The notes: generated by a model from the letters alone, not told the origin. Numbered from the stretch's first letter, positions 34,519 to 47,868 are shown. The stretch: DNA of 59,975 nucleotides from Antechinus flavipes (GCF_016432865.1 NC_067403.1:256622026-256682000), one strand, 5' to 3'. Made by a program: numbers and translations.

Positions 34519-34818
34519 ACGTGATCATCTATTTTGCTGCTGCCCCCAGAGGATTATGGATCCTTTCCAGCTGATTTGCTGCTGAAAACTTTCGTATGTG
34601 ATGTCTCCCCCCCCCCCATTAGAATGGGAGCCCCTTGAAATCAAGGACTCTCTCTTGTCTTACTCAGTGCTTTGCACATGGTCAGGGCTTCTAAAATATC
34701 TTATTCATTCATCAGTAAATGTATCATATCCACCAGGGGAATATAGACTTCTTGAGGTCGGAGGTGATTTTGTTTTTGTCTTTGGGTTTTCAGTTGCTCT
34801 GCTTTAAAAACGTTTATT

Positions 34819-34918
34819 CAAGTCAGGAGTTCAAATCTAGTCTCAGACACTTAACACTTCTAGCTGTGTGACCCTAGGCAAGTCACTTAACCTCAATTGC
34901 CTCAGTCAAAAAAAAAAA
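34819..34918 (+). mobile_element. WSINE1-type SINE fragment
   Basis: gagttcaaatctagtctcagacacttaacacttctagctgtgtgaccctaggcaagtcacttaacc...(A)n. Confidence 0.75.
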
Positions 34919-34924
34919 TTCTAT

Positions 34925-35160
34925 TCAATCATTTTTTTGGTCATAGCTGACTCTCTGTGACCCCATTTGGAGTTTTCTTGACAGAGATACTGAAGGGGTT
35001 TGCCATTTCCTTTTCCAGTTCATTTTATAGATGAGGAAACTGAGGCAAACTGGGTTAAGTGACTTGCCCAGGATCACACAATAAGCATCGGAGGCTGGAT
35101 TTGAACTCGTCTTTCTGAGTCTAATCCCACAGCTCTTTCCACTGAGCCACCTGCCTCCCC
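34925..35160 (-). mobile_element. Mar1/MIR CORE-SINE
   Basis: gtgaccccatttggagttttcttgacagagatactg...gatgaggaaactgaggcaaac...ggatttgaactc. Confidence 0.7.
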
Positions 35161-36649
35161 AGACTGAATTGTTGAAAGTTCCCCTCTGTCTGATGGTTCT
35201 CCATCCGTGTCACACGTATCAAGCGTGATCCTAGTCCTAGAGCTTTAGTCTTAGACCGTGTCGATGGAGAAAATTCCCACGCTGCTCAAATCAGAGATCC
35301 TGGACGCCCTGACTTAATAAACCCGTTATTAGAAATTAGAAATAAATCCAAAATTAGAAACGCCCTAATCTTAAACCCAGTTCCTGGCACGTAAGGAAGG
35401 CTTAGTTCTTGCCTGCCCGTTGTCTGCAGAGTGGAAGCCCGGCCGTGTCACTCAGGGAGGGGGAGGGCCACCAACATTCGTGGCACCTGGCGAGGCCCTG
35501 GAGGAGCCACGGAGGCTGGGGGCCACGCCGTTATTCTGAGTCACTGTGATCCCTGGGCTCTCCCCACTGCTGGCGTGTGCCTTTGTGGGAGCGTAGGCCC
35601 CATGGCAATAGAAGACATGTTACTTTAGCTTTGGATTAATGGGGACCTCTGGCTGACTAGGGAGTCGGCAATCGGTCAAAAAGGCATTTATTAAGCACTT
35701 ACTAAATACCAGCTTCTGTGCTGAGTCCTGGGAATAAAGAGAAAAGCAAAACCAGTTCCCGCCCTTGAGAGATCCCCCTCCTAATGGGGTGTAAAACGAG
35801 CAAACAAGCGCGTCTGTCTAAGATGGAGGCCGAGGAAGCTGGATCCACCAGCAAGGGCTCGTGACTGTCGTTTTCGTAGATCGTCCACCCATAGATCTTC
35901 GTAGATCATAGATCATCTGTTCATAGGTCAGAGCCTAAGGAGAGGGAAGGGGGCGGTCAAGAACCCTGGTAGATCTCCATCCTATCACCGAGGCACACAG
36001 GACAATCCTACAAAAGAGCCAATGGGACGCTGGGTAGAAGCCAGTCTCGGTCCCGTCATTGCCCACAGAGAGGGCCGGGCTTCCCTGGTAGGAGTTTCCC
36101 AGGCTTTGCTACTTCAGTGAAATTACATTTATATTCCCATCATCCCTCATTCCTCCCTCCCCAGCCCCCGGCACCAACTGAGAGCCCAAAGAACACTTGG
36201 GTCAAAGCCTCTTGGAGTAGGAAGCGTCCCTCTGGCTGGGAAAATCTTCTTCCCCAGCCTCCATTTTCCAGTTTTCTCTCAGATGAGGAGGTGCCAGATG
36301 TTGCACGGGCCTGGATTTGAACCCTTTGGCCGGAAATACGGCCGCATCCGTTTCTAGCTTAGCTGATGCTTCCTTAAGTCAGTCTCTGATTTCATCAGTG
36401 TGGGAATCTTCTCCACCGGCGGTCTAGGTCTAAGTCATCGAAATGTGCTTAATCTAGTCAGAAATCAGCCAAAAAAGCATTTATTAGGCACTTACTATAT
36501 ACCGGGGGTTCGATGAGAATCGCCAGGGGTTCCTACGTGGCTGAGGTGGGATCAGAACCTTCCTGACATAGGACTGGGGCTGTCCACCGTGTGCGCGGAT
36601 CCCTGGTAGAACACTCACTCCCCGGCACAGCTAAGAAGCAGACATTAAA

Positions 36650-36786
36650 GGGCAGCTAGGAAGCGCAGCGGATAGAGCACCGGCCCTCAAGTCAGGAGGA
36701 CCTGAGTTCAAATCTGACCTCAGACACTTCCTGTCTGTGTGACCCTGGGCAAGTCACTTAACCCCAATCACCTCAGCAAAAAAAGA
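36650..36786 (+). mobile_element. Full-length WSINE1-type SINE
   Basis: gggcagctagg...ggatagagcaccggccct...gacctgagttcaaatc...gtcacttaacccc...gc(A)n. Confidence 0.85.
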
Positions 36787-37714
36787 AGCAGCAGACAAGA
36801 ATTCTAGTTTACCCACCATTTTGGGTGGTCCCAGACTTGGTCTGATTCTAGGAAACGACCCCAATCCAGATTGTAGGAGGCTTTGGGACCCAGCAGGGCA
36901 GGGCGGGCGGCCGTCCGTTCGGGTGCTTCCACTAGCCCTTGTCCTTCTCTCCCCCTCAGGTCAAGGCGGGTGAGAACGCTCCTCCCGGGAGGCGCAAAGG
37001 AACCAGTTTGGTGAGAAGGAGCAAGCAGGGGAGTAATGGGTAAGTGAAGTGGAAAATTTGGCCGGAGGAAGTTTGCAAAAGGCTTTCAAGCTCAAACAGA
37101 GAAATCTGCGTCAATATGTGGCATTATCGCATGGCAGCCCATTCAGTGGAAATAATGATCTCACCTTCTCACCCTCCCCACACCGCTCCTGCGGGCAGGG
37201 CCGGGGCCCCAGAGCGGAGCTGCCGGGACCCTGGGCTGGAGCTGGGGGGGCCGGGGCCTCCACCACTCGAATTCCCGTCTGGCAAGACTCCTTCCTTAGC
37301 ATCCGCTGACCGGTTGCCTCTGCCTGATGCTAAGTAGCCATCCAAGGCCCAGGAGCTTATTTTATTTTGAGAGCTGGGGGGGAGGGGCGGGGGGTCACAT
37401 AGCTGGCGGTCTGAGTCTGGATTTGAACTCAGCTCCTCCTGACGGCAGGGAAGGTGCTCTGCCCACTGCTCCTTCCTCTCAGCTTTTACAAAGACGCATT
37501 TCCTGAGAAGGAATGGCAAGGCCGGAAGTGCAAAAGCTCGCCTCCAAACTGGGGCCTGGACTCCCATTTGCCAGGTCCCTGAGGAAAACAGTCTCCAAGT
37601 GGTAGCTGAAGAACATCCCCTGGTCCCCAGACAGGGGGTACTTCCTGGCCGGAGGAGACCCTTCCCCTTTCAAGAAATCACCCTCCTCACTCCAGGTCCA
37701 ATTCTCCGTAGTGC

Positions 37715-38097
37715 GCACAGTAGGTGGGTTTGGCCCTCTCTTCCTTCCCATTCCAGAACACACAGTAGGTGGGCTTGGCTCTCTTCCACTTCCCACCCCA
37801 GAACACACAGTAGGTAGGCTTGGTCCTCTTTTCCTTCCCATTCCAGAACACACAGTAGGTGGGCTTGGCCCTCTTCCCCTTCTCACTCCAGAATACACAG
37901 TAGGTGGGCTTGGCCCTCTCCCCCTTCCCACTCCAGAACACACAGTAGGTAGGCTTGGCCCTCTTTTCCTTCCCATTCCAGAACACACAGTAGGTGGGCT
38001 TGGCCCTCTCCCCCTTCCCACTCCAGAACACACAGTAGGTAGGCTTGGCCCTCTCCCCCTTCCCACTCCAGAACACATAGTAGGCAGGCTTTGCCCT
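37715..38097. repeat. 45-bp minisatellite (~8.5 copies)
   Basis: Unit CACAGTAGGT(G/A)GGCTTGGCCCTCT...CTTCCCA(C/T)TCCAGAACA; period confirmed at 37756/37801/37846. Confidence 0.95.
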
Positions 38098-40185
38098 TCC
38101 TGCTTGCTTGTAGGGAATCACAGGTCTCATGGTCCAGGTCCCACAGCTCTTCCCAGGCTTATTGTTGCTGCTGCTCTGTTGCTATTCTGACTTTTTTGAG
38201 TTTATAAGCCAATTTCATAATCTCATACTCATCAGTTTAAGAATGAAGGGAACAAGCATCAATTAAGCACCTACTGTATGTCAGCCCCCATGCTAAGTGC
38301 TTTACAAATATCACATTTGAGACTCCTGATGATTGTGGGAGGGAGGGAGGGTCTTTTAAGATTTCCGTTTTCCTGTTGGGGAATTAGTTCAGTTGTTGAG
38401 TGGGCGAAGCTCTACCCACATCATCACCCGGAAGGAATGGACTCGGACATCCAAGAAATAGCAATGCCATGCGTTCACTGCTGGGGGGCAGCCAGGTGGG
38501 GCACACAAGCAGGTGCGTGCCGCTGCTCCCCTCCCCCTCCCAAGTCTCTTTACACATTCAGCCTCCGGAGAAGAGCGAGTTGTCCATTTGAAGCTTTAGC
38601 GGGACACTCTGTCCTGGCTCAGTGGGCAATTAAAAGGCTTTGTCCCTGTGGAGGAGGAAGCAGGAAACAGCCCGAGAAGGATGTACTCCAGTGCATGGGG
38701 AGGGAAGGGGAGGACCCCTCCATCATGCGTTTCCAGAACTGGAGTCCCTGGGCTTCCTCCTGGATCGGCAGCAGGCAGACTGGGGCTTCATGGGCTCATT
38801 CACTCGTTGACCGGTCCCCCATCACCTTCACGTCACTCGGGCCCAAACCCCGTCATGTACCAGCCAGATCATTCTGGGGGTAACGCCCACCCTGTGGGGT
38901 TCTCCTGAGTTCTCTTAATGATTATCGGTTGATATCAATTAGCCCGCCTGGGTTATTCCCCCCCCAAATGGCACTGACCATCCACCTTGACCCAGCAATC
39001 GTCAGCCCCGTGGACTCTCCACCCGCCATTTTGTGAGGTTTAAATAAGACCAATAACATGGAAAGCGCGGTGCGGATCCTGAGAGCTCTGATAAATGTGG
39101 GTAATTATTGTCACCAGGAGGATGCCAAGAGGCCCCCCAATGGATGGAGAACCCCAAAGTCAGGGCCCGCAGCAACAGAATCCCCACAGAAACAGGCCGG
39201 GCAGATTGGGGCATGTAGGAGAAGGAATACCACTATCAAAGTGATAAAAAATGGAGGCTGTTTTCTTCTGAGAGATTTCTTTGGAGATGTCTTAGAAGAA
39301 ATTAAGCTGGCGGCTCACGTGCCAGATACCCCCATGCCCCTCCATCCCCCTTTCCAGTTTCTTTTTGTTCTTCCCTCATTCGTTTGTAAACTTTTGAGGG
39401 CAGGACTCTTTTTTTATTTGCATTCGCAGTGTTTAGCACAATATCTGGCCCATAGTAGGTGCTTTAAAAAGATTTATTGAATTGAATTGGTGACTCAAGG
39501 TTCTCATTCTGGGTAACAGCTGAGTGACAATGGTACCTGAGCTAGGACCCCTACTCTCACCCAACTCCTTCCTGGGAATCGAATGTCCGAGCCGGGATTA
39601 ATTACCTCTCAGTTCAGGACATTTAATAAAGTGAAATCGTGAGCAGAGTTGGTAGGAAACATTCCCCACCCCCTCCAAGTTTGAGAAACTGTCCTGGAAT
39701 CAGTAGAAACCAGAAATGTGGCTTCAAGGTGGGAGAGCTCAGGCAACAAGGTCTCCACTCCCGGCTTCTCGCTGCCTGGAAATCCTTTTTTTTTTCCTTT
39801 TTTCCTCACAAAGTTCTCCTAAGGAACAGCTTCTTTCTTGGTCCTTGCCCCCCGGTGACGGTCCGCCATCCGCCACGGCCTTTCTCGGCCTAGGAAGCCA
39901 AAGGGAAGTCCACATCTTTTCTGACGCTTTTCAATCACATAAGGCAAGGAGCAGAGGCTCCTGGGAACATGAGTTTCAAGATGAGTAAGTGAGATCCCGT
40001 GGTGATGATGGTGGACAAAGATGGCAGGCTGGTTAGGGAGAGATAGCTAGAGATCTTCTCCACCCCAGGCCAGTCACTGAGAAGGAGGGTGTGGCTGAGA
40101 GAGATCAGAGGGCATAATATCAAGGGGACTTATTGTGTGTGTATATAAACAAACAAACAAACAAATAAATAACAAACATACACAC

Positions 40186-40573
40186 ACATGTTTCCCTGAT
40201 AATAAGACACTGTCTTATTATTTTTTTGGACAGAAAAAACCACCAGAGGGCTTATTTTCAGGGGAGGGCTTATTTTAATGCTCTCAATGGCGCCAGCAAG
40301 CAAATCACTGGGGAAGAACAGGATGACGCGCTCCCTGCTGCAGCTCTGATTGGATGCAGCTCGGAGCGTGCGTTTCACCTGGGGGGGAAGGGAGGGGCGG
40401 GGACAGTGCATACAGAGGGTACCGTAATGTAGCGTGTAGCGCAGGGGATCACCTTCACTACAGTAGCAATCTCAATAGGGCTTATTTTCGGGGGAGGGCT
40501 TATTTTAGAGGAATCTTACACAGTAATGGGAGGGCTTATTTTCGGGATAGGTCTTATTATCGAGGAAACACGG
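40186..40573. mobile_element. Tc1/mariner (Tc2/pogo-like) MITE with 23-bp TIRs
   Basis: Left ACATGTTTCCCTGATAATAAGAC; right end reverse-complement CCGTGTTTCCTCGATAATAAGAC, followed by TA; internal repeats GGGCTTATTTT. Confidence 0.75.
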
Positions 40574-41236
40574 TATATACTTGCTTCTCTGTACCCAGAT
40601 GGCAGAGATTCACTTTCAAAGTACTCTGTTCCTTTAAGGTCTTAAATTCTGATTTTTTAAATATAAAGTTATAACTCATCATAACTGTTCTGTTATCTGC
40701 ATTATTCTTAATGATGTGCAGAGAGGGTTGCGATGGAGGAGGTCGGGGAGTAGCTTGTAGTTCACAGAACAAAAGAGAATAAGAGACTTGACGAGTTCTT
40801 TTATGAATTATAATCATGAATGAATCTTCTGGATCTGATTTCTCATTATTTATTTTTAAAATTCATTCATTCGTTTATTTTGTAGCTCTTATGAGCTCTT
40901 CAGTAGCCCAGGAGACTAACCACGTGACAGAACCAACTCTCCCATGGCCAACGAATAAACAAAGTTGGGGTGAAAGGAAGGTTTTGGCAGCAAAGTTTGC
41001 TCTTTTTCATCCCTTCCAAGGTAGTTTGAAACCCTGAGTGCCTTTTTCTGAGGGAGGGCAAGGGAATCGGACGCTGGAAAATCGCACCCCGGGAGTCGGC
41101 CGGAGGGCAAAGTGGAGAAAGAAACTGTCCTTGCAAAGCTGAGGAGCCAGAGGAACAAGGAGCTCCCATTTTGATTTTTTTTATCCTTCCAATCCTTTCA
41201 GATCGTGTCGAATGCCCAACCTGGCTTAAGCATATA

Positions 41237-42039
41237 TGTTGGAATCTTTACAAACTGCTAACTCATTAGAGTTGATAGATTATTGATCTGATCTTACAAG
41301 AAGATGTTTTGGGCCAGAAGCTGAAACAAGGTACTAAGTAGAACTAATTGATACGATGCTTGTGTTTGCACCTTTACTCCTTGGAGTTCACACGTTTGGG
41401 AAATTTCAGGGTTTGGTATGAGATATCTGAATTCACACCTCCCTTGAAGCTCTTTGGGCCAGAGAGCACTATGGGAGAAAACCCATAATCCCATTCTCTC
41501 AGAAGAGTCCTATATAAGGCCAGTGAAGAGTGATTCATTCGGAATATTTTCCACTTGGCTGCTGGTGGCGGAAGGAGAGTTTTCAGAGGAAGAAGTTACG
41601 AGTTGAGAGTTGAGTGGAAGATTGAGAAGGTTCTCTCAGAGGTACAACCCGATTCATCTTCATCTCACAGCACTGTGGTGGCTGGACTCCTGCACCTCCC
41701 CCACTGAGACCAAGCTGGTCTGAAAGACTCGCCAGAAAGCTAACCGAGCCCCAAGTGAAGGAGACAAGAGATTCATTCCATCTCTGTGCTGGCTGGAGGC
41801 TGAAGAAAGCAGAGGACAATCTGCAAGAGCTCTTGGAACCAAGCAGAGAGATAGGCCTCAACTAACCAGGCTATTTTGGAAGGAGAAAATAAACGTTTGT
41901 ATTTTTACCAGCTGCTGCATTTGGAGTAATTATTGATCTGAACTGATACTAAAGCTGCCTCCAAGAAAACCTCCCGGAGAAACCTACCCTCTCCCCCAGA
42001 GAGAACTACTCTACTTATTTTAAAAAGAAGATCACCACA
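41237..42039 (+). mobile_element. ERV solo LTR, copy 1 (~800 bp)
   Basis: TG...CA ends, TATATAA at 41511, AATAAA at 41888, no PBS after it; near-identical inverted copy at 51346-52052. Confidence 0.88.
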
Positions 42040-42994
42040 GTATATCTTTGCGTGATTTATCCAACATCGTAAAAACAAAAAACTTTGAGAGTCTCAAGGA
42101 CTGACGAACTCAATGAGCAGCCAGAGTTCCGAAGGACCCACGATGAAGACTTTTCACCCGCCTCCTAGCAGAGAGGAGACGGACAAAATAGCCACTAAGG
42201 GACCCCCGCTTTTGGACGCGGCCAATGTGAAAAGTGGCTTTTCTTGATTGTACCTATCTGCATATTTGTTACAAGTGTCATTCCCCTCCCCCTTTTCGTT
42301 GGTTGTTGCCATTCATTCATTTCAATCTCGGCCAACTCTTCACCAACCCGTCGGAGATTTTTCCGGCAAAGACACTGGAGGGGTTTTGCCATTTCCTTCC
42401 CTGGTCTATTTTACTGATGAGGAAACTTAGGCAATCAGAGTTAAGTGACTTGTCCAGGGTCACACTTCTAATAAATGCTAAGGACCTGCTTTGAACTCAA
42501 GAAGAGAAGTCTTTGATCAGACCAAGCCCTTTTATTTCTATATTCCATGGTAAATAATATTGGTTCATTTACATTACTCAGAATAAGGAAGAAGGATGCT
42601 AAGGTGAAAAACATCCTTGTTCACATAATAAGAAAGGGTATTGGGAAGTTCAAATGAGCTAATGACTGTAAAGCATTAATATGTTATATAATAATATGTT
42701 AAAGTGTTCTATAAGTATTTAATTATATATAGTATATAATTATTGTTATTATGATTATTATCCATCTTCATTTCTGACCTATTAAATGATGATCTTATTC
42801 CTTGACTTATACTGTCTCTCACTGAACTCACATGATGCTTATAGAGCGATATAGGGCTCTGCTGTTTAACAACCTGACTGGGGTGATGCGGGCTGTCGGG
42901 GTGCAGGGGTACAATTCTAAGTGTAATCTGCCTCATCGAGGCTTTTTAAATTTAGTTGTTCAGTTGTAGCCAACTCTTCACGGTCCCGTTTCTT

Positions 42995-44350
42995 TTTTTA
43001 TTTTTTTTTTTTAATTTTTATTTATTTATTTATTTTAACTTTTTATTGACAGAGCCCATGCCTGGGTCATTTTTTACAGCATTATCCCTTGCACTCACTT
43101 CTGCTCCGATTTTTCCCTTCCCTCTCTCACCCCCTCCCCCAGATGTCAAGCAGTCCTTTACATGTTGAATAGGTTACAGTATATCCTGGATACAATCTAT
43201 GTGTGCAGAACCCAACAGTTCTCTTGTTGCCCAGGGAGAATTGGATTCAGAAGGTAGAAATAACCTGGAAGGAAAAACCAAAATGCAAGCAGTTTCTATT
43301 CATTTCCCAGTGTTCTTTCTCTGGGTGTAGCTGCTTCTGTCCATCCTTGATCCATTGAAACTGAGTTAGAGCTTCTCTTTATCGAAGAGATCCACTTCCA
43401 TCAGAATCCATCCTCAAACAGTATCCTTGTTGAGGTATATAATGATCTCCTGGTTCTGCTCATTTCACTCAGCATCAGTCCATGTAGGTCTCTCCAAGCC
43501 TCTCTGTATTCATCCTGCTGGTCATTCCTTACAGAACAATAATATTCCATAATGTTCATATACCACAATTTACCCAGCCATTCTCCAATTGATGGGCATC
43601 CATTCATTTTCCAAATTCTAGCCACTACAAACAGGGCTGCCACAAACATTTTGGCACATACAGGTCCCTTTCCCTTCTCTAAGATCTCTTTGGGGTATAA
43701 GCCCAGTAGAAACCCTGCTGGATCAAAGGGGATGCACAGTTTGATAACTTTTTGGGCATAATTCCAGATTGCTCTCCAGAATGATTGGATGTATTCACAA
43801 TTCCACCCACAATGTATCAGTGTCCCCGTTTTCCCGCATCCCCTCCAACATTCATCATTATTTTTTCCTGTCATCCTACCCAATCTGACAGGTGTGTAGT
43901 GGTATCTCAGAGTTGTCTCAATTTGCATTTCTCTGATTAATAATGATTTGGAGCATCTTTTCATATGGCTAGAAATAGTTTTAATTTCTTCGTCTGAGAA
44001 TCGTCTATTCATATCCTTTGACCATTTATCAACTGGAGAATGGCTTGATTTCTTATAGAGTCAATTCTCTCTATATTTTGGAAATGAGCCTTTATCAGAA
44101 TCTTTGCCTGTAAAAATGTTTTCCCAGTTTATTGTTTCCCTTCTAATCTTGTCTGCATTTGTTTTGTTTGTACAAAAACTTTTCAATTCCATAGCATCAA
44201 AATTTTCTAATTTGTGGGCAATAGTGAGTTCTAGTTCTTCTTTGGTCATAAATCCCTCCCTCTTCCACAGGTCCGAGAGGTAAACTATCCTATGCTCTTC
44301 CAATTTATTTATAATCTCATTCTTTATGCCTAGGTCATGAACCCATTTTG
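42995..44350 (-). mobile_element. 5'-truncated L1 (ORF2 C-terminus + 3' UTR) inserted in a Mar1 SINE
   Basis: ORF 43401-44012 is the L1 ORF2 Cys-rich end (HMKRCSKSL, CWRGCGKTGTLIHC, CPSIGEWLGKLWY); poly-T left end; TSD ACGGTCC(CG/AA)TTTCTT at 42980-42994 and 44351-44365. Confidence 0.95.
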
Positions 44351-44857
44351 ACGGTCCAATTTCTTGACAAAGATACTGATTTCCCTCTTCAGCTCATTTG
44401 ACAAATGAGGAAACTGAGACAAGCAGGGTGAAGTGACTTGCCTAAGGTCACACAGCTCCTGAGTGTCTGAGGCTGGATTTGAACTCGGGAAGATGAATGC
44501 TCCCTGCTCCAGGCCTGTACCACCTACCTGTCTTAAGTCCACAGTCAGCCAAAATAATACACCAAGTCCTGATTTGTAGCTATTGCTGACATCTGGGGTA
44601 TAAAGGTTCCTTCTGAACATTTAACAATGGGCTCTCTTAGAGAGAGTTGGCATGGTCCCAGTCCGCATTTGGGTCAGAGTTAACCTTCTGTTGAGGAGAC
44701 TGCAAAGCTGCAGAGACCTCCTCCAGCCTCCTGGCTCCTGCACCAAATGCAAGTCCCTCCTTTGAGCTCCATTGAGAGCTCTTCACCGGGGGGCTCAGCA
44801 ATCCGGGTCCCCGGGCACTATCCTCCGCTCTCCATCACCATGACTTTGCCCAGCTGC

Positions 44858-45080
44858 TCCTTGTCCCCTCTCCTCCCTGGCCCCTCTCCTCCCTGGCCCC
44901 TCTCCTCCCTGGCCCCTCTCCTCCCTGGCCCCTCCGCTCCTTGTCCCCTCTGCTCCTTGGCCCCTCTCCTCCCTGGCCCCTCCGCTCCTTGTCCCCTCTG
45001 CTCCTTGTCCCCTCTCCTCCCTGGCCCCTCTCCTCCCTGGCCCCTCCGCTCCTTGGCCCCTCTGCTTCTTGGCCCCTCTC
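44858..45080. repeat. 16-bp pyrimidine-rich minisatellite (~14 copies)
   Basis: Unit CCTGGCCCCTCTCCTC / CTTGTCCCCTCTGCTC. Confidence 0.9.
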
Positions 45081-46034
45081 CAGCCTGGGCTGGTCTCCTC
45101 ACTGCCCCTTAGGATCCCGACTTTCCTCTAAATCTCCCTTCAAGACCCCCACTGCCCCATGGGAAAGCTCTCCTATCACTCCAGCTCCCTTCCCCTGGGG
45201 ATCGGCTTGTCCCCGGAGCTGGAGTTCCATCTCTCTCTTGATTTCATTTTCTTTCTTTTCCCTGGATCATGTGCAGCTTTTTTTAAATAGATAATAAATT
45301 CAACATGTTGGTTCCCAAACTTTTTGTCTGTGTCTTCCTTCTGTGTCTGGACCTTCTGTTCCCTTCTGTGCATTTCGAAAACATTTCATGTTGTTCTTCC
45401 CTTTGTTCCCCGCTCCCTCCCACTCCTCCCGTCACTTCTGGGCTCCGTTCCTGACCCTCCGGACTTCTTTCTCCCCCTACTCCCAGAATCCTCCCCCCGG
45501 ATGACCCTTCATGGGTGGGTTACTCCCAGAACCTTCTCCCTGCACCTGCCGCCTCCTCCTCAGCCTCCTCTCCCCCAGGAGAAGGGCAGCACTTCATAAA
45601 GCCCTAATGACTTGAGTCTCTCCCCCGCCCCCGCCCCAACCCTTGCCAAACCGAGGCCCACAGTGATAAAAATAATAACTCCTCCTTGGCCCCTCTCCTC
45701 TTGTGCTGACCCGTCCTCTGCTGAGCCTCTTGGGCCGGGCCCCGAGGCGGGAGGTACCAAGCAGGAGGCGTGTCGGTCCCTTGGAACCGGGGCCTGGGCC
45801 TTGCCTCAATGGCGGCGTTTGGTCTCCAAGTTGCTTTTCTTTCCGACGTGGCAGCCGTCCATCCCAGCTGTCGTTCTCCTCCCCCCGCGTGTCCCGCATC
45901 CGTTCCCACAAATTGCCTTTGGGTCTGTCTCATCTCTTCTAGTGCACTCATTATGGCTAGTGTGCCCTTCTCCCTTTCTTCAGGCAGGGCCATAGTGGGA
46001 AGCGGGAAGATTTGTGTTCAAATCCTGCCCGACC

Positions 46035-46035
<1 letters not shown>

Positions 46036-46082
<47 letters not shown>

Positions 46083-46682
46083 TATGTCAGGGGTATGAGT
46101 GTGTCAAGTGTGTGTGAGTGTGAGTGTGTGTGTGTGAGTGAGGTGAGTGTGCATCAGGGGTGTGAGTGTGAGTATGTCAGGTGTGAGTATCAGGTGTGTG
46201 AGTGTGTGTGTGAGGTGAGTGTGTGTCAAGGGTGTGTGTGAATGTCAGGTGTATATGAGTGTGAGTGTGTGTGTGTGAGTGAGGTGAGTGTGTGTCAGGG
46301 GTGTGAGTGTGAGTATGTCAGGTGTGAGTATCAGGTGTGTGAGTGTGTGTGTGAGGTGAGTGTGTGTCAAGGGTGTGTGTGAATGTCAGGTGTATATGAG
46401 TGTGAGTGTGTGTGTGTGAGTGAGGTGAGTGTGTGTCAGGGGTGTGAGTGTGAGTATGTCAGGTGTGAGTATCAGGTGTGTGAGTGTGTGTGTGAGGTGA
46501 GTGTGTGTCAAGGGTGTGTGTGAATGTCAGGTGTATATGAGTGTGAGTGTGTCAGGTGTATATGAGTGTGAGTGTGTGTGTGTGAGGTGAGTATGTGTGC
46601 ATGTGTGTGTGTGTCAAGGGTGTGAGTGTGAGTAAGTCAGGTGTGTATGAGTGTGAGTGTGAGTGTGTGTGTGTCAGGTGTG
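46036..46682. repeat. (TG)n plus 141-bp higher-order TG-rich repeat
   Basis: Pure (TG)n at 46037-46080; 141-bp period at 46141/46282/46423. Confidence 0.92.
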
Positions 46683-47116
46683 TTACCCAAGCAAGGTTCT
46701 CATTCTCTCTGAACCTCCTTTCCCTCGACTGGGGACTGGAGGCGATTGCCCCCCCAGCGGCTCCTCTGTGTTAATGGTGGTTGTTGGGGGGCTCTCAGGC
46801 CCGCCGTCGTGGGCCTCATGGCCACCGCTGCTAGTCCGGAGCTAAGCTTAAACCTCAGGCTCCTCCCGAGGCAACAGCTGTTCCCAGATCTCCAGGTTTT
46901 CTACCCGCTCACCCTGCTGGGTCTGGCGGCCACAGCTTCCCTCTCGCGGGCCCTGCCTTTCTTTTCTTCCAGTGTCCCCCCAATGTCTCTTAACCCACCC
47001 CAGGTGGGCCTGACCCTCGCAAGGACCCGGCTTCCTCGCTGTAGCCCAGCTCTAAGCCCTCGGTCCTTTTCAGCCTTCCTGTTTTGTTGTTGTTGTTGGG
47101 TTTTGGGGTTTTTTTG

Positions 47117-47252
47117 TGTTTTTTTCCTGAGACAGTTGGGGTTAAGTGACTTGCCCAGGGTCACACAGCTGGGAAGTGTTAAGTGTCTGGGGTCACATTT
47201 GAACTCGGGTCCTCCTGACTCCTGGCTGGGGCTCTGTGCCCCCAGCTGCCCC
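47117..47252 (-). mobile_element. WSINE1-type SINE
   Basis: Reverse complement of ggggcagctg...gagttcaaatg...gtcacttaacccc. Confidence 0.8.
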
Positions 47253-47868
47253 GGCCACCCTGTTTTGACAGCCTCCCACCAGACCTCCCTGTTCCCAGGC
47301 CTCTCCGATTTCCCTTCAGCCTGGAGTAATCCATAAACAAGAGCATCCCTCTCTCTAAAAAGCTGCTGAACTAAGAACATCCCGTGGCTGCCCATTGCCT
47401 TCCAGATAGATGGAGTACCGACTCCTTACCCTGGCATTCAAGGCTCTCTGCAGCTGGGCTCCCGGCTGCCTGACATTGCTCTGTCCCCGGCCTCTCCCTC
47501 TCCCTCCGTTAGTCAGTCAGTGAGCACTTCTGAGGTGTCCTGAACTGCGGCAGGAGCTCGGGGCCCATCAGCTCCTGGGGGCGGCCCTCCCGCTGCCGGA
47601 CAACGCTCCTCCCCGCCTCGGCCGTCTGGCTCCGGCCCAAAGAAACGGCTCCTGGCTTCCGCCCTCACCAGTCGTCTCCCGCCTCCACGCCTTTGCCCGG
47701 CCTTTCTCTGGGCCCGTCGTGGACTCCTGGCTCCGGCCGGCACGGGCTCTGTTCTCACAACATGGGGGAGCTAACTGCTGGTGGGTAGAACCACAGGGCA
47801 CAGGATGACTTCAGAGCTGGCTTTAGACACTTGTCTCAGCCTCCTTTTCTGGGAAGAGAAAAAGAGCA

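Noticed and set aside
43401-44012. 203-aa ORF as a host gene
   Set aside because: It is the L1 ORF2 C-terminus; upstream part is frameshifted and 5'-truncated.
45604-45993. 129-aa ATG ORF (MALPEEREKG...)
   Set aside because: No recognisable domain, splice structure or promoter.
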